Part shown: positions 1-9,360 of the stretch, one piece after another
Numbering within the stretch: position 1 is the stretch's first letter
Layout of the letters: every line of letters begins with the position of its first letter
DNA from: Lachnospiraceae bacterium
GTDB lineage: Bacteria > Bacillota > Clostridia > Lachnospirales > Lachnospiraceae
Assembly: GCA_045646565.1 (NCBI GenBank)
Contig: JAZRKZ010000235.1
Span: forward strand, 1-32,859
DNA length: 32,859 nucleotides
Direction: 5' to 3'
Made by a program: the position numbers and the translations under genes
Notes under the pieces: model-generated
Told to the model about the DNA's origin: nothing
Database searches by the model: none
The model's input: the letters and a program-made list of their open reading frames with translations, nothing else

Positions 1-1023
1 ATTCACGAATCCGTCAAAGGATATCTTTCTTTCAGGGCAAAGGTAATAGGACAGTTCGATGGTATTCTCCAGCCTTGAAGCATGCTTCATGCAGATCTCA
101 GAGTGCTTATCGTTAGGAACACAGTCAACTGCCCGGTGATAGACAGCATTCTGCTGGTCACACCATCGGATGGCTTCATAGTTCAGGTCCGTTAATTCAT
201 GATAGATGCGTCCTGGCAGAAAGTTGTCTTTCACAAATCGTATGAGCCGTTCGACAGATCCCTTTGTGAAAGGATGCCTCGGTTTACACAAACGGGTCTC
301 AAAGCCGATATTCCCCATAAATAATTCGTAATCCTTTTGCCATACGGGATGTCCTTCTTCGTCCCTGCGGAGGACAACACTTTTCATGTTGTCCGTAAGG
401 ATGCATTGAGGAACCCCCATATACAGGAATGCATGAATCATTCCGATAAACAGGCTTTCCTGCCGGGCGTTCGGGAAGAACTCAATATAACGCTGTCCAC
501 AGTAATGACAGATCATGGCAAAACATGCGATTCTGTATGTTTTCCCTGTTTCCGTCTCTACCGTTACAAACCCCCAATCCATCTGGTAGCATTCTCCGGG
601 CTCTGTCCGATAGCGTCGTCCCCGGTTACCTTGCGGAGCTACAATCTGACGTTTTGGGGGAACAAGGTCCTGGTGTTCACTGATATAATTCTTTATGGTA
701 GAAAGGCTGCCCTGGTAACCTGCTTCTTTCATTCTGTCAAAACAGACAGAAGAATTAGTGATTCCTTTGGAAAGCAGGGTGTCGATGACGCCTGTAAAGC
801 CGGTCAGGATGGTATGATCCGCCCTGCGTCCGATCAGGGCATGTGGTTTATCGACAAACCCATCTTTCTGGATCCTGCGTAGTTTTGCCCGTGTGATCCC
901 GGTACGGCGTTGGAGATCTGCCAGATTTACGTGATCAATATCAAACTTATCACCAAGATCCTTCTTCATTTCATCGAGTGCTTGTGCTATTATTTCAGTT
1001 AAGTCATTGGTTTTTTCTTCCAT
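1..1023 (-). CDS. istA: IS21-family DDE transposase IstA (3' end outside window; absent from ORF track)
   Basis: Manual translation from ATG 1023: MEEKTNDLTEII...RYRTEPGECYQMDWG...ILTDNMKSVV...CKPRHPFTKGSVERLIRFVKDNF, which are the IstA rve core motifs. Confidence 0.92.
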   Translation of the reverse strand, partial: MEEKTNDLTEIIAQALDEMKKDLGDKFDIDHVNLADLQRRTGITRAKLRRIQKDGFVDKPHALIGRRADHTILTGFTGVIDTLLSKGITNSSVCFDRMKEAGYQGSLSTIKNYISEHQDLVPPKRQIVAPQGNRGRRYRTEPGECYQMDWGFVTVETETGKTYRIACFAMICHYCGQRYIEFFPNARQESLFIGMIHAFLYMGVPQCILTDNMKSVVLRRDEEGHPVWQKDYELFMGNIGFETRLCKPRHPFTKGSVERLIRFVKDNFLPGRIYHELTDLNYEAIRWCDQQNAVYHRAVDCVPNDKHSEICMKHASRLENTIELSYYLCPERKISFDGFVN

Positions 1024-1121
1024 TCGTACTGTATCGACTGTTGCATTGGCTTACATCAGTCTATCCATTACATTGAAAAAATCAATGACTTTTCCGATCG
1101 CTCACATGATCAGGAGATAGC

Positions 1122-1199
1122 TTCATTGGCTATTTCTATCTGGCTAAAATTGGTCATTTCTCGTTGGCTATTTGTGGCTGTTTCCTCCTGACGCTAACA
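1122..1199 (-). repeat. IS21 terminal region with multiple short transposase-binding repeats
   Basis: Minus strand: TGTTAGCGTCAGGAG GAAACAGCCAC AAATAGCCAAC GA GAAATGACCAA TTTTAGCCAGA TA GAAATAGCCAA. Confidence 0.7.
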
Positions 1200-1263
1200 A
1201 AATCAAGGTTTTTGAAATAAAAACAGGTAGTAAATTTGACACTTCCATTGAGGTAAAGGGGGG

Positions 1264-2760
1264 ATGATTATGAAGACTTTTAGGATATACGATCTGAATC
1301 GCTTCATCGAAACGTGCGGCAACTTTTTCATGATCGAATATGGGACGGATCAGAGCGCGCATATGCAGAAAACCTGCCGAGTTCATGTGGGTTGTAAGGG
1401 ACCGGTGAAGGAGCAGTTCCCGCCGGAGCAGATGTCTTATTGCTACATAGGCGAATTCGGTCCGGAAACCATATTGGTGGAACCCGTGGTGTGGACCGGC
1501 GGACTGGATGGGAGCCCGGAGAGCAATGCGCTCGCCTTCCTTGAGGAACATCGTATCCCCTATAATGTTAAACCGACATGGGAATTGAGCCGGAAGCCGG
1601 GAGGTTGGCTGATCAGCCGCGAGGGAGTTTTGACGGAACAGAGCCTGCTCACTATGAACAAGAGTACGGTAAGGCGAGAGACAAGTGTATCGATTGACTA
1701 TTACCCGCGTCCCAATTTTATATGTGAGGCGTCCGATTCCGCTGTGTCGGTAAAATCGGCTCATATTTATTATCTTAAGTATGGAGACGTGGATGCTGAT
1801 GCCTTTTTAGATGCCTTGCGCGAGGCTGACATGAGAGCCGGGATGACGCCGCAGCAATTCAAGGCGTTATTTCCTAAAATGACAAGTGTGGAGTATAGCT
1901 ATTACCTGCCGTTGCCGGTTGACAGTCATGAAAAATTCGCCTGCAGAGACCATGCTTACCGCATAGAGAAGAATGCCCTTGTGGTGTCGGATTTCTTCTG
2001 CGATGAGGTCGATGTCTTTCTGGCACATTCTATAACATCGTCTCTTATGGTACCCTGCCGTGTCCTTCTTCACGGCCCGAAGCATGAGGTCACTATACCG
2101 TGGCAAGCTGACATTGAAAATGAGTTTCTGGTCTTTCTTGACCGGAAAGAGCAGAACTATCTGTTTGTCCCTGTCAACTTTGAGAGGCGAGAAGACGGAA
2201 GTTTTACGCTTGATCTGACCGGCTGCCTTCAGGAACTCGGGATTTCTCTCAAATTGCAGACCAAGGCTAAGTGCAGGAAGCTTCGGAACCGAGTGTGGTA
2301 TCGTTATCAGCATATCTCTGCAGGACCAAATGGATTTTGTCTGGGCATTGCCATGCGGGATGATGCCAAATCTAATTTGTATTATGAAAATAAAGTTTGG
2401 CTGAAAGACGCGAAACTCTGCGGCAAAACGATTACGGACATTTACATCAGAACGACGCGGGAGACTCAAAATGCTTTGTTTTGGCTGCCGGACGAGATTG
2501 AGCAGCTCTTCAGGTGGGGAGGAGACATAACCGAAGAAAGGCTGCTTGAGGAAGGGGAAAGTCTTCTGCATGCAAATGGAGTTGAGTTTGTGACAGATGA
2601 TGGATATCTTCTCATTGACGCAAAGCACGGTACATCTTCTGAGGAAACAGATAGAATAGAGTTTTATCGTGATTTTCACAGAATTGCTCACGTTGATTTG
2701 TCAGGCATGTCATGGCAGGAGCGGGCAAGTGCCTTGATTGATATGCTTCGCTCGGTATGA
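1264..2760 (+). CDS. Hypothetical protein, 498 aa, no family recognised
   Basis: Long ORF with purine-rich RBS (AAAGGGGGG) before ATG 1264/1270; followed by inverted repeat AATCTGAA-TT-TTCAGATT. Confidence 0.75.
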   Translation: MIMKTFRIYDLNRFIETCGNFFMIEYGTDQSAHMQKTCRVHVGCKGPVKEQFPPEQMSYCYIGEFGPETILVEPVVWTGGLDGSPESNALAFLEEHRIPYNVKPTWELSRKPGGWLISREGVLTEQSLLTMNKSTVRRETSVSIDYYPRPNFICEASDSAVSVKSAHIYYLKYGDVDADAFLDALREADMRAGMTPQQFKALFPKMTSVEYSYYLPLPVDSHEKFACRDHAYRIEKNALVVSDFFCDEVDVFLAHSITSSLMVPCRVLLHGPKHEVTIPWQADIENEFLVFLDRKEQNYLFVPVNFERREDGSFTLDLTGCLQELGISLKLQTKAKCRKLRNRVWYRYQHISAGPNGFCLGIAMRDDAKSNLYYENKVWLKDAKLCGKTITDIYIRTTRETQNALFWLPDEIEQLFRWGGDITEERLLEEGESLLHANGVEFVTDDGYLLIDAKHGTSSEETDRIEFYRDFHRIAHVDLSGMSWQERASALIDMLRSV

Positions 2761-2919
2761 AAATCTGAATTTTCAGATTGTGAATAGGACGGAGCGCCGA
2801 TAGACATGCGAAATGACAGGAAAGCATTTTGCCAGCCGTGCCCATCCAGTATCTGCTTTACATAAATATCCAACATTCGTTTTTCATACGAGTTTAACGC
2901 GAGTGAGGAGTTGGTCACT

Positions 2920-3480
2920 GTGTACGAAAATGCTATTTGCTACATTAAAGAATTATTCAAGGAAAATGCCGGCGGTCACGATATAGGTCATATGCTGAGG
3001 GTTTATCATAACGCAATGCTAATTGCGGAAACCGAGCCGAATACAGACCGCGACACAGTCGCATTGGCAGCGATTCTCCATGATGTGGATGATCACAAGT
3101 TGTTCAATACTGTCAATAATGCTAATACCAGATCCTTCCTCCGGGACAATAGTATACCTCAGGAACAAATAGATGAGATTTGCTCTGTCATCAACGCTGT
3201 CTCCTTCAGTCAGAATCGTGGCAAGATCCCCGCAACTCTCGAAGGAAAAATAGTGCAGGATGCGGACCGGCTGGATGCGATGGGTGCGGTGGGGGTTGCG
3301 AGGACATTTGCATACGGAGGAGAACACGGAAGACCTCTTGTGGAGTCGGTGCAGCACTTTTATGACAAACTCTTGCTCCTCAGGGATATGATGAATACAG
3401 AGACTGGAAAGCAGATCGCGGAGAAGAGACATGCATTTCTTGTGGCATATTTGAAGGAACTTGAGGAGGAATTGAACTGA
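2920..3480 (+). CDS. HD-domain phosphohydrolase (YedJ/YpgQ-like)
   Basis: GHDIGHMLRV, AAILHDVDD, IVQDADRLDAMGAVGVARTFAYGG. GTG 2920 follows GAGGAG (ORF track starts at 2911). Confidence 0.9.
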   Translation: MYENAICYIKELFKENAGGHDIGHMLRVYHNAMLIAETEPNTDRDTVALAAILHDVDDHKLFNTVNNANTRSFLRDNSIPQEQIDEICSVINAVSFSQNRGKIPATLEGKIVQDADRLDAMGAVGVARTFAYGGEHGRPLVESVQHFYDKLLLLRDMMNTETGKQIAEKRHAFLVAYLKELEEELN

Positions 3481-3691
3481 GTTGCAATTAATCTGCATGG
3501 AATCGTAGCAATTGCCACATATGAATGGGAGGCTTAGGGAAGGCTGCAAAGCAGGACAAATGAATAGATGCTTCAGATAGCGATAAAGGCAGCAGAGGTT
3601 ATGGAAATATAATTCCAAAGTATCCCCCTCGATCGATGCTATACTGTTACTTAGAGCTTTATCAGGTCGCTCAAATCACACGGAGGATGAG

Positions 3692-5080
3692 ATGAAAAAG
3701 ATATTCGTGTTAATTGAAGTAATGATTCTTGCATTTTGTATGTATGGGTGCGGCAGCAAGGGAGTCAAAGCTCCGAACGCACCTGACCACTATGTGGGAA
3801 TGGCATGGGAGACCGCCAACGAGGAATTTGCAGAAGCCGGATTTGAGAACGTTAAGACACAGGAAGTAAAAGACATTGATATGTATTCAACTGCCGCGGA
3901 TGATACTGTCGCATCAATCAGCATTGATGGCGAGACCGATTTTTCCGCCGGCTCTGAATACGCAAAGGACGCGGAGGTCATCATTACCTATCACGCACTG
4001 GCAGTGTTTGAGGCAAATATCCACGTGAACTTCCAGGAAAATCTTCTTTTCAGCAAATATGATGTCGATCTCATCATAGATGGCGAGACTGTGGCGGAGA
4101 TGGAACACGGAGAAGACCAGGATCTGCAGGTGGAGATGGAGTTCGGGCAGCATGAGGTCATATTTGCAAAATCAGGTGACCTCACAACACGTGCCAGAGT
4201 CACTCTTGACGCAAAATGTAAGTTTGACGCCTGCTATACCATCAGCTGCGACGGCGATAAGATTTCCGTCACCGAGGATTTCGTGGATTATGATCTGCAG
4301 CTTGAAGAGGGGCAGATGAAGACAACCATATCATGGGAAGAATTCTATTACGAAAACTATGAGGAGGTCGCTGCCGCTCTTAAGGAGATGGGCTTCACAA
4401 ATATCACTACAGAACCGATTTATGACATTGTGTTTGGCGTGACGGAGGACGGCTCTGTGGAATCCATCTCTGTCGACGGTAAGGATGGATTTAAGCGCGG
4501 AGAAGTTTTTGCAAATGATGCCGCAGTCGTTGTGAAATACCACACCCTAGTGGAGAATGATCCGGAGGTCATAGCCGCGAAGCAGAAAGAAGAGGAGGAG
4601 AAGAGAGCCGAGGAGGCAAGGAGGGCTGAGGAGGAAAGGCTGGCTGAAGAGGCCAGGCTGGCCGAGGAGGCAAGAAGGGCTGAAGAGGAGGCCACAGCTC
4701 CCGTTTACTATTCAACGAATAATTTGGAGACCGTAAATAACGGAAATATCGGAGTTTACGCATATGGCAAAGACGGACAGGAATATGACCAGTACTATAT
4801 CATCGATTTTGATGAAGGATATGTTTACTGGTTCACCGAAGGAAATGGAGACGATGGCTGTGATCGACTTAAGATTGATTCGGGCGACCTTAACAGTGGC
4901 GTGATAATCACGTATCATGACGGAGCGGATGTCTGGTCTTACAGATTGCATTTTAAATATCCAAATACTTCGGATCAACTTATTCTGGAGGACAATGACC
5001 TTTTCGAATACGATTATTATCCGACGAATCTGACGGAGGCGCTGCAGATTCGAGATGCGAAGACGATGCGTGATTATTGA
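3692..5080 (+). CDS. Acidic lipoprotein with two PASTA-like repeats and a charged helical linker
   Basis: Signal peptide ending MYGC; duplicated module (AGFENVKT...SISIDG...IITYH / MGFTNITT...SISVDG...VVKYH); GGAGG RBS. Confidence 0.8.
   Translation: MKKIFVLIEVMILAFCMYGCGSKGVKAPNAPDHYVGMAWETANEEFAEAGFENVKTQEVKDIDMYSTAADDTVASISIDGETDFSAGSEYAKDAEVIITYHALAVFEANIHVNFQENLLFSKYDVDLIIDGETVAEMEHGEDQDLQVEMEFGQHEVIFAKSGDLTTRARVTLDAKCKFDACYTISCDGDKISVTEDFVDYDLQLEEGQMKTTISWEEFYYENYEEVAAALKEMGFTNITTEPIYDIVFGVTEDGSVESISVDGKDGFKRGEVFANDAAVVVKYHTLVENDPEVIAAKQKEEEEKRAEEARRAEEERLAEEARLAEEARRAEEEATAPVYYSTNNLETVNNGNIGVYAYGKDGQEYDQYYIIDFDEGYVYWFTEGNGDDGCDRLKIDSGDLNSGVIITYHDGADVWSYRLHFKYPNTSDQLILEDNDLFEYDYYPTNLTEALQIRDAKTMRDY
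4594..4690 (+). repeat. Imperfect 18-nt coding tandem repeat, EE(A/E)R(R/L)A
   Basis: EEKRAEEARRAEEERLAEEARLAEEARRAEEE. Confidence 0.8.
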
Positions 5081-5170
5081 TCGGGAACAGGAAGCTTATC
5101 GAGGCAGCGTCTGATATTTATATTCAAACCTGATGTGTTGAAATCTTAGCAAGAAAGGGGGCTTATTAAG

Positions 5171-6022
5171 ATGAAAAATAGAAAAACCGGTAAGTGGATA
5201 TTAGCGCTCGTAATGATGCTTTTGTTGAACGCGCTTTGTCTGACGAGTGTTGTATATGCAAAAGAAATAAATACTCACGACTCGATGGTTCTTACTTCAA
5301 TAAAGAATCAGAAATCAGTAACTAAAACAGCACAGGCAAAAAAGCAGACATCCAAAACGAAAGCATCGAAGGCATCTAAAGAGAGTACGTTTTCTCCGAT
5401 AAAAAAAGGAGCCACAGGTAATTCAGTTGTTGAGGTCCAAAAGCAACTGCTGGCTTTAGGCTATCTGACATCTTCTGCAGATGGTTCATTTGGCCCGGGT
5501 ACAGAACAAGCTGTAAAGGATTTTCAGAAGGCCCATAAACTGAAATCAATCGGTATTGTGGATAAAGAAACATACGATTTGCTAAAGAATGCAGAGGCGT
5601 TATTTGCTTCAATAAAAAAGGGAGCCACAGGAGATTCGGTTGTAGAAATACAAAAGCGGTTGGTCGAACTGGGATATTTGACGTCGGCAGATGGAAGTTA
5701 CGGTCCCGGAACAGAGCAGGCGATAAAGGATTTTCAGGCGGCAAATGACCTGGGCACGGACGGCGTAGTAAATGAGAACACTCACAATAAGATGTTTTCT
5801 TCGGGGGCAAAGCGCTATGTCGCACCAACTCCTACAGAAGCTCCAATACAAAGCGCTACCAGAGCTGTAGCAGAGAGTCCTCAGGAACGATTGGTATGGA
5901 TTACAAAGACCGGGAAAAGGTATCATTCGAAAAGCAATTGTGGTTCTACAAAAACTGCCTGGCAGGTTACTCTGGAAGAAGCAGAACGCAAGGGACTTAC
6001 GCCATGCGGAAAATGCTGGTGA
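5171..6022 (+). CDS. Secreted protein with two peptidoglycan-binding (PG_binding_1-like) domains and a C-terminal His/Cys motif
   Basis: Signal peptide; two copies of IKKGATG.SVVE.QK.L..LGYL..ADG.(F/Y)GPGTEQA.KDFQ; C-terminus VWITKTGKRYHSKSNC...TPCGKC. Confidence 0.85.
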   Translation: MKNRKTGKWILALVMMLLLNALCLTSVVYAKEINTHDSMVLTSIKNQKSVTKTAQAKKQTSKTKASKASKESTFSPIKKGATGNSVVEVQKQLLALGYLTSSADGSFGPGTEQAVKDFQKAHKLKSIGIVDKETYDLLKNAEALFASIKKGATGDSVVEIQKRLVELGYLTSADGSYGPGTEQAIKDFQAANDLGTDGVVNENTHNKMFSSGAKRYVAPTPTEAPIQSATRAVAESPQERLVWITKTGKRYHSKSNCGSTKTAWQVTLEEAERKGLTPCGKCW

Positions 6023-6065
6023 AATGTGTGTAAAAGGATTATAAAGGGTTGTGATTTGGGAACAA

Positions 6066-6226
6066 GCCATATGTGGGAAGGCAGCGGAAAGATTCGTTTT
6101 GGAATCTATGCCTGCAGCCCGGAGGAATCCAGCTTCACGGCGGTCTTTACAGATATGAAGATTACGGATTGTGCATGGAAAGCGCACGATGGACAGCAGC
6201 CGGACTGACAAGGATTTTTGGAGATG
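6066..6226 (+). pseudogene. Duplicated 3' fragment of the DUF1349-like gene (copy of 9218-9378)
   Basis: HMWEGSGKIRFGIYACSPEESSFTAVFTDMKITDCAWKAHDGQQPD*; about 10 mismatches in 143 nt versus 9218-9360 by hand count. Confidence 0.9.
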
Positions 6227-6235
6227 TGAACACGC

Positions 6236-6688
6236 ATGGAGTACTCGATAAAGAAAGTAACAATAGATGATTATGACGCCATATATGAACTTTGGAATAT
6301 GACAGATGAGAGTCGCAGGGCATTGAATCAGGTTGATGACTCACGGGAAGGAATCGCCCGATACCTGAAGCGGAATCCCGATACATGTTTCGCTGCAGTA
6401 AAGGAAAACAGGATCATCGGAGTTATTCTGTCCGGTCACGATGGCCGAAGAGCAATAATACATCACTTATGTGTTCATCCTGCTTATAGGCGTATGGGTA
6501 TAGCAGGACATCTGGTTTGCCTCGCAGAGGAGGCTTTACAGGAAGAAGGCATACAGAAGATATTTGGACTGGTATTCAAGGATAATGAGGCTGCCAATGC
6601 CTTTTGGGAGAAGCAGGGATATTCGATAAGGAAGAATCTGAATTATCGAAATAAAAGTTTGAATGATCAGATTCCTGCGGGAGAGTAA
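6236..6688 (+). CDS. GNAT family N-acetyltransferase (YpeA-like)
   Basis: SGHDGRRAIIHHLCVHPAYRRMGIA and NEAANAFWEKQGY acetyl-CoA binding motifs. Confidence 0.9.
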   Translation: MEYSIKKVTIDDYDAIYELWNMTDESRRALNQVDDSREGIARYLKRNPDTCFAAVKENRIIGVILSGHDGRRAIIHHLCVHPAYRRMGIAGHLVCLAEEALQEEGIQKIFGLVFKDNEAANAFWEKQGYSIRKNLNYRNKSLNDQIPAGE

Positions 6689-6749
6689 ATTGTCTCTTGC
6701 TGGTGCGGTGAGTCGCCCGGGTCGTTTCAGGAATATTTGGAGAAAAGTA

Positions 6750-8123
6750 ATGGTATTGGAACAAATCAAAGGAAAACTTGTCGTTTCGTGTCAGGCCCTG
6801 CCGCATGAGCCGTTGCATTCAAGCTACATTATGTCCAGAATGGCTGTGGCTGCGATGGAAGGTGGGGCTGCCGGTATTCGCGCGCAGTCTGCCCAGGACA
6901 TAAATGCAATTGCGCAGGTGTGCCATTTGCCAATCATCGGGATTGTGAAGCGTAATTATGATGACAGCGAGATCTACATCACGCCAACGATGAAGGAAAT
7001 TGATGAACTACTCACGACCAGAGCAGAAATCATTGCGATGGATGCGACCGACAGAAAGCGGCCGGGCGGCATTCTCACTAAGGAGCTGGTCGACCGGGTC
7101 CATGAAGCGGGGCGGCTTGCTATGGCAGACTGCTCGACCTTTGAGGAATGCCGGGCTGCACAGGAGATGGGATTTGATATTGTCTCCACAACGCTTTGCG
7201 GTTATACAGAGTATTCATCGAAGCTTAAAGGGCCGGATTTTAATTTGATCCGCAGATGTGCGGAGGAACTGTCAGTCCCGGTGATTGCGGAGGGAAAGAT
7301 CCATTACCCGGAGGAGCTGAAGAAGGCTTTCGAGTGTGGGGCGTTCAGCGCAGTCGTCGGCGGTGCCATTACGAGGCCGCAGGAGATAACGGCGAGGTTT
7401 GTGAGTTATATCGCAAAGAATTCCGATGTAGAGGTGCCGTTGACGCGCGAAAAACAGACGAATTATGTTAGCCAGAAGACGAAACCGGATTGGACGATAG
7501 CGTGCAGTCTGGAGCGTTTTAGCAATAATGACCGCCGTATTCCATATTATAAGCTGATGCTGGAACGGGATCTGGATGGCATTAAGGAAATCAAGCTTCC
7601 TCCGGAATATCATTATGAGAACTACGCGCCGGGAGATCGGGCAGTCTGGATCACGATAGAGAAGAGCGCAAAAGATTTTGAAAGCTATGAGGCGGGAGAA
7701 GCAGCGTGGTCAAAATATTTTGCCGGTCATGAGAAAGAGCTTGCAAGCAGAATGTTTTTTGTAACAGATTCTTTTGGACAGAAACTTGCGACAGCGACGG
7801 CATATTATAATATTCATACCGGAGATGACGGAGAGAATGGATGGCTCCACTGGGTCGCCGTTCGCAGGGATGCACAGGGGCTGGGGTTATCCAAGCCATT
7901 GATTACACATGTGCTTGCGCACATGAAGAAACTCGGATATAAAAAAGCTGTAATTCCGACGCAGACAAATACATGGCTTGCATGCAAGTTATATCTTGAT
8001 CTGGGATTTGTCCCGATGAAGGAAAATGCGGAACGGAGCAGAACAGGGTGGCGCATAATTAAGACCCTGACGAGTCACTCGGCTCTGGACGATTTCGAAC
8101 CGGTCGCTGAGCTCCTTCCATAA
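6750..8123 (+). CDS. nanE: N-acetylmannosamine-6-phosphate 2-epimerase fused to a C-terminal GNAT domain
   Basis: LVVSCQALPHEPL, GGAAGIRA, IIGIVKR, YITPT, IAEGKI, VVGGAITRPQEIT, then WLHWVAVRRDAQGLGLSK...LYLDLGF. Likely start ATG 6750. Confidence 0.9.
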   Translation: MVLEQIKGKLVVSCQALPHEPLHSSYIMSRMAVAAMEGGAAGIRAQSAQDINAIAQVCHLPIIGIVKRNYDDSEIYITPTMKEIDELLTTRAEIIAMDATDRKRPGGILTKELVDRVHEAGRLAMADCSTFEECRAAQEMGFDIVSTTLCGYTEYSSKLKGPDFNLIRRCAEELSVPVIAEGKIHYPEELKKAFECGAFSAVVGGAITRPQEITARFVSYIAKNSDVEVPLTREKQTNYVSQKTKPDWTIACSLERFSNNDRRIPYYKLMLERDLDGIKEIKLPPEYHYENYAPGDRAVWITIEKSAKDFESYEAGEAAWSKYFAGHEKELASRMFFVTDSFGQKLATATAYYNIHTGDDGENGWLHWVAVRRDAQGLGLSKPLITHVLAHMKKLGYKKAVIPTQTNTWLACKLYLDLGFVPMKENAERSRTGWRIIKTLTSHSALDDFEPVAELLP

Positions 8124-8174
8124 TCGTGTGAATTGGGAAAGGCTAAAGGAGAACACATACAAGGAGTCATATAT

Positions 8175-8655
8175 ATGCATTTGGGTTTTTCTTATGTAGG
8201 ACTCATTTATCTGATTATGCTGTTTGTCCCTAATATCAAATGGGCGAAGAATAAGCCAAAGGACTATGATCAGTATGTAAAAAATGAGAAAAAGATACTT
8301 CAGGCGTTTGAGAGGGCGGGAGAAGTCCTTACCAGCACCATTGTATTGGTGTTTTCGGATTTTAATCTGCGCCGCTTGTCACCATGGAGCCTTTGGCTTG
8401 TTGCTTCATTTCTGCTGATTATTGTATGAACTATATTGGCATCGCTATTTTAAAAGTGAAAAAACGATGCGAGATCAGTATTGTAGTTTTTGCGGGTTTC
8501 CTGTCGCAGGGGCATCGCTTCCTGTAATTGCATTTTTCTTGCTCGGAATATATGGGAAAAATATATGGATGGTTATAGCTTCGATTATACTTGGAATCGG
8601 ACATATCGGGATTCATTTGGATCATGCAAAAGAAGCAAATGCTAAATCCGATTGA
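8175..8655 (+). pseudogene. Membrane protein gene split by a frameshift near 8420
   Basis: ORFs 8175-8429 and 8422-8655 overlap in different frames and read as one hydrophobic protein (...WLVASFLLI | LYELYWHRYF...); RBS only before 8175. Confidence 0.75.
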
Positions 8656-8736
8656 ATATGCTGGCTTTATAACTAACAGGAGACTTCTCGCTTTCAAAGT
8701 TGTCTTTGTAAGATTAGAATAAAAAGAGATAGGATA

Positions 8737-9360
8737 GTGGAAGAAAGGATACGTAATCAAATGATTGTTGACAATATGACATGGACAAGGGAGCCGGAGA
8801 ATTACAGAATTCAAGCTAATCGCGTTGAGATTACGACTACACCGAACACCGATTTATGGCAGAGGACCTACTATCATTTTCGCAATGATAATGCACCGGT
8901 GCTTCAGATGGAGACAGAACAAAAGTATTTTTCGTTCATAGTAAAGACGGATTTTACGGAAAGTCATCACCGCTTTGACCAGTGCGGGATCGTGATGTAT
9001 CTCGATTCGGAGAATTGGCTCAAGGGTTCTGTTGAATATGAAAATGATGAGTTCCAGCATCTTGGCTCTGTGGTCACCAATCATGGATATTCCGATTGGG
9101 CGACAACGGCAATCCCGGCTGAAGTGAAGACAATGTGGTATCGGTTCAGCAGACGCAGGGATGACTTCTGCATCGAATGTTCGCAGGATGGTGAGAACTT
9201 TACTCAGATGCGTATTTGCCATATGTGGGAAGGTGCCGGAAAGATTCGCTTTGGAATCTATGCCTGTAGTCCGGAGAACTCCAGCTTCACGGCGGTCTTT
9301 ACAGATATGAAAATTACTGATTGTGCATGGAAAGCGCACGATGGACAGCAGCCGGACTGA
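8737..9360 (+). CDS. DUF1349-like (concanavalin/Ree1-like) protein
   Basis: TDLWQRTYYHFRNDNAP, FDQCGIVMYLDSENWLKGSVEY, GIYACSPE. Start may be ATG 8761. Confidence 0.85.
   Translation: MEERIRNQMIVDNMTWTREPENYRIQANRVEITTTPNTDLWQRTYYHFRNDNAPVLQMETEQKYFSFIVKTDFTESHHRFDQCGIVMYLDSENWLKGSVEYENDEFQHLGSVVTNHGYSDWATTAIPAEVKTMWYRFSRRRDDFCIECSQDGENFTQMRICHMWEGAGKIRFGIYACSPENSSFTAVFTDMKITDCAWKAHDGQQPD

Larger units (their letters stand above)
1..1199 (-). mobile_element. IS21-family insertion sequence, left portion (continues beyond window start)
   Basis: Contains the istA ORF. The minus strand from 1199 begins TGTTAGCGTCAGG and is followed by several AAATAGCCA-like repeats, the usual IS21 end architecture. 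Confidence 0.85.

Noticed and set aside
337-882. 181-aa + strand ORF
   Set aside because: Antisense shadow of istA, which the ORF track missed because it runs off the window.
6026-6208. 60-aa ORF as an independent gene
   Set aside because: It is a duplicated gene tail with an unrelated chance start and no RBS.
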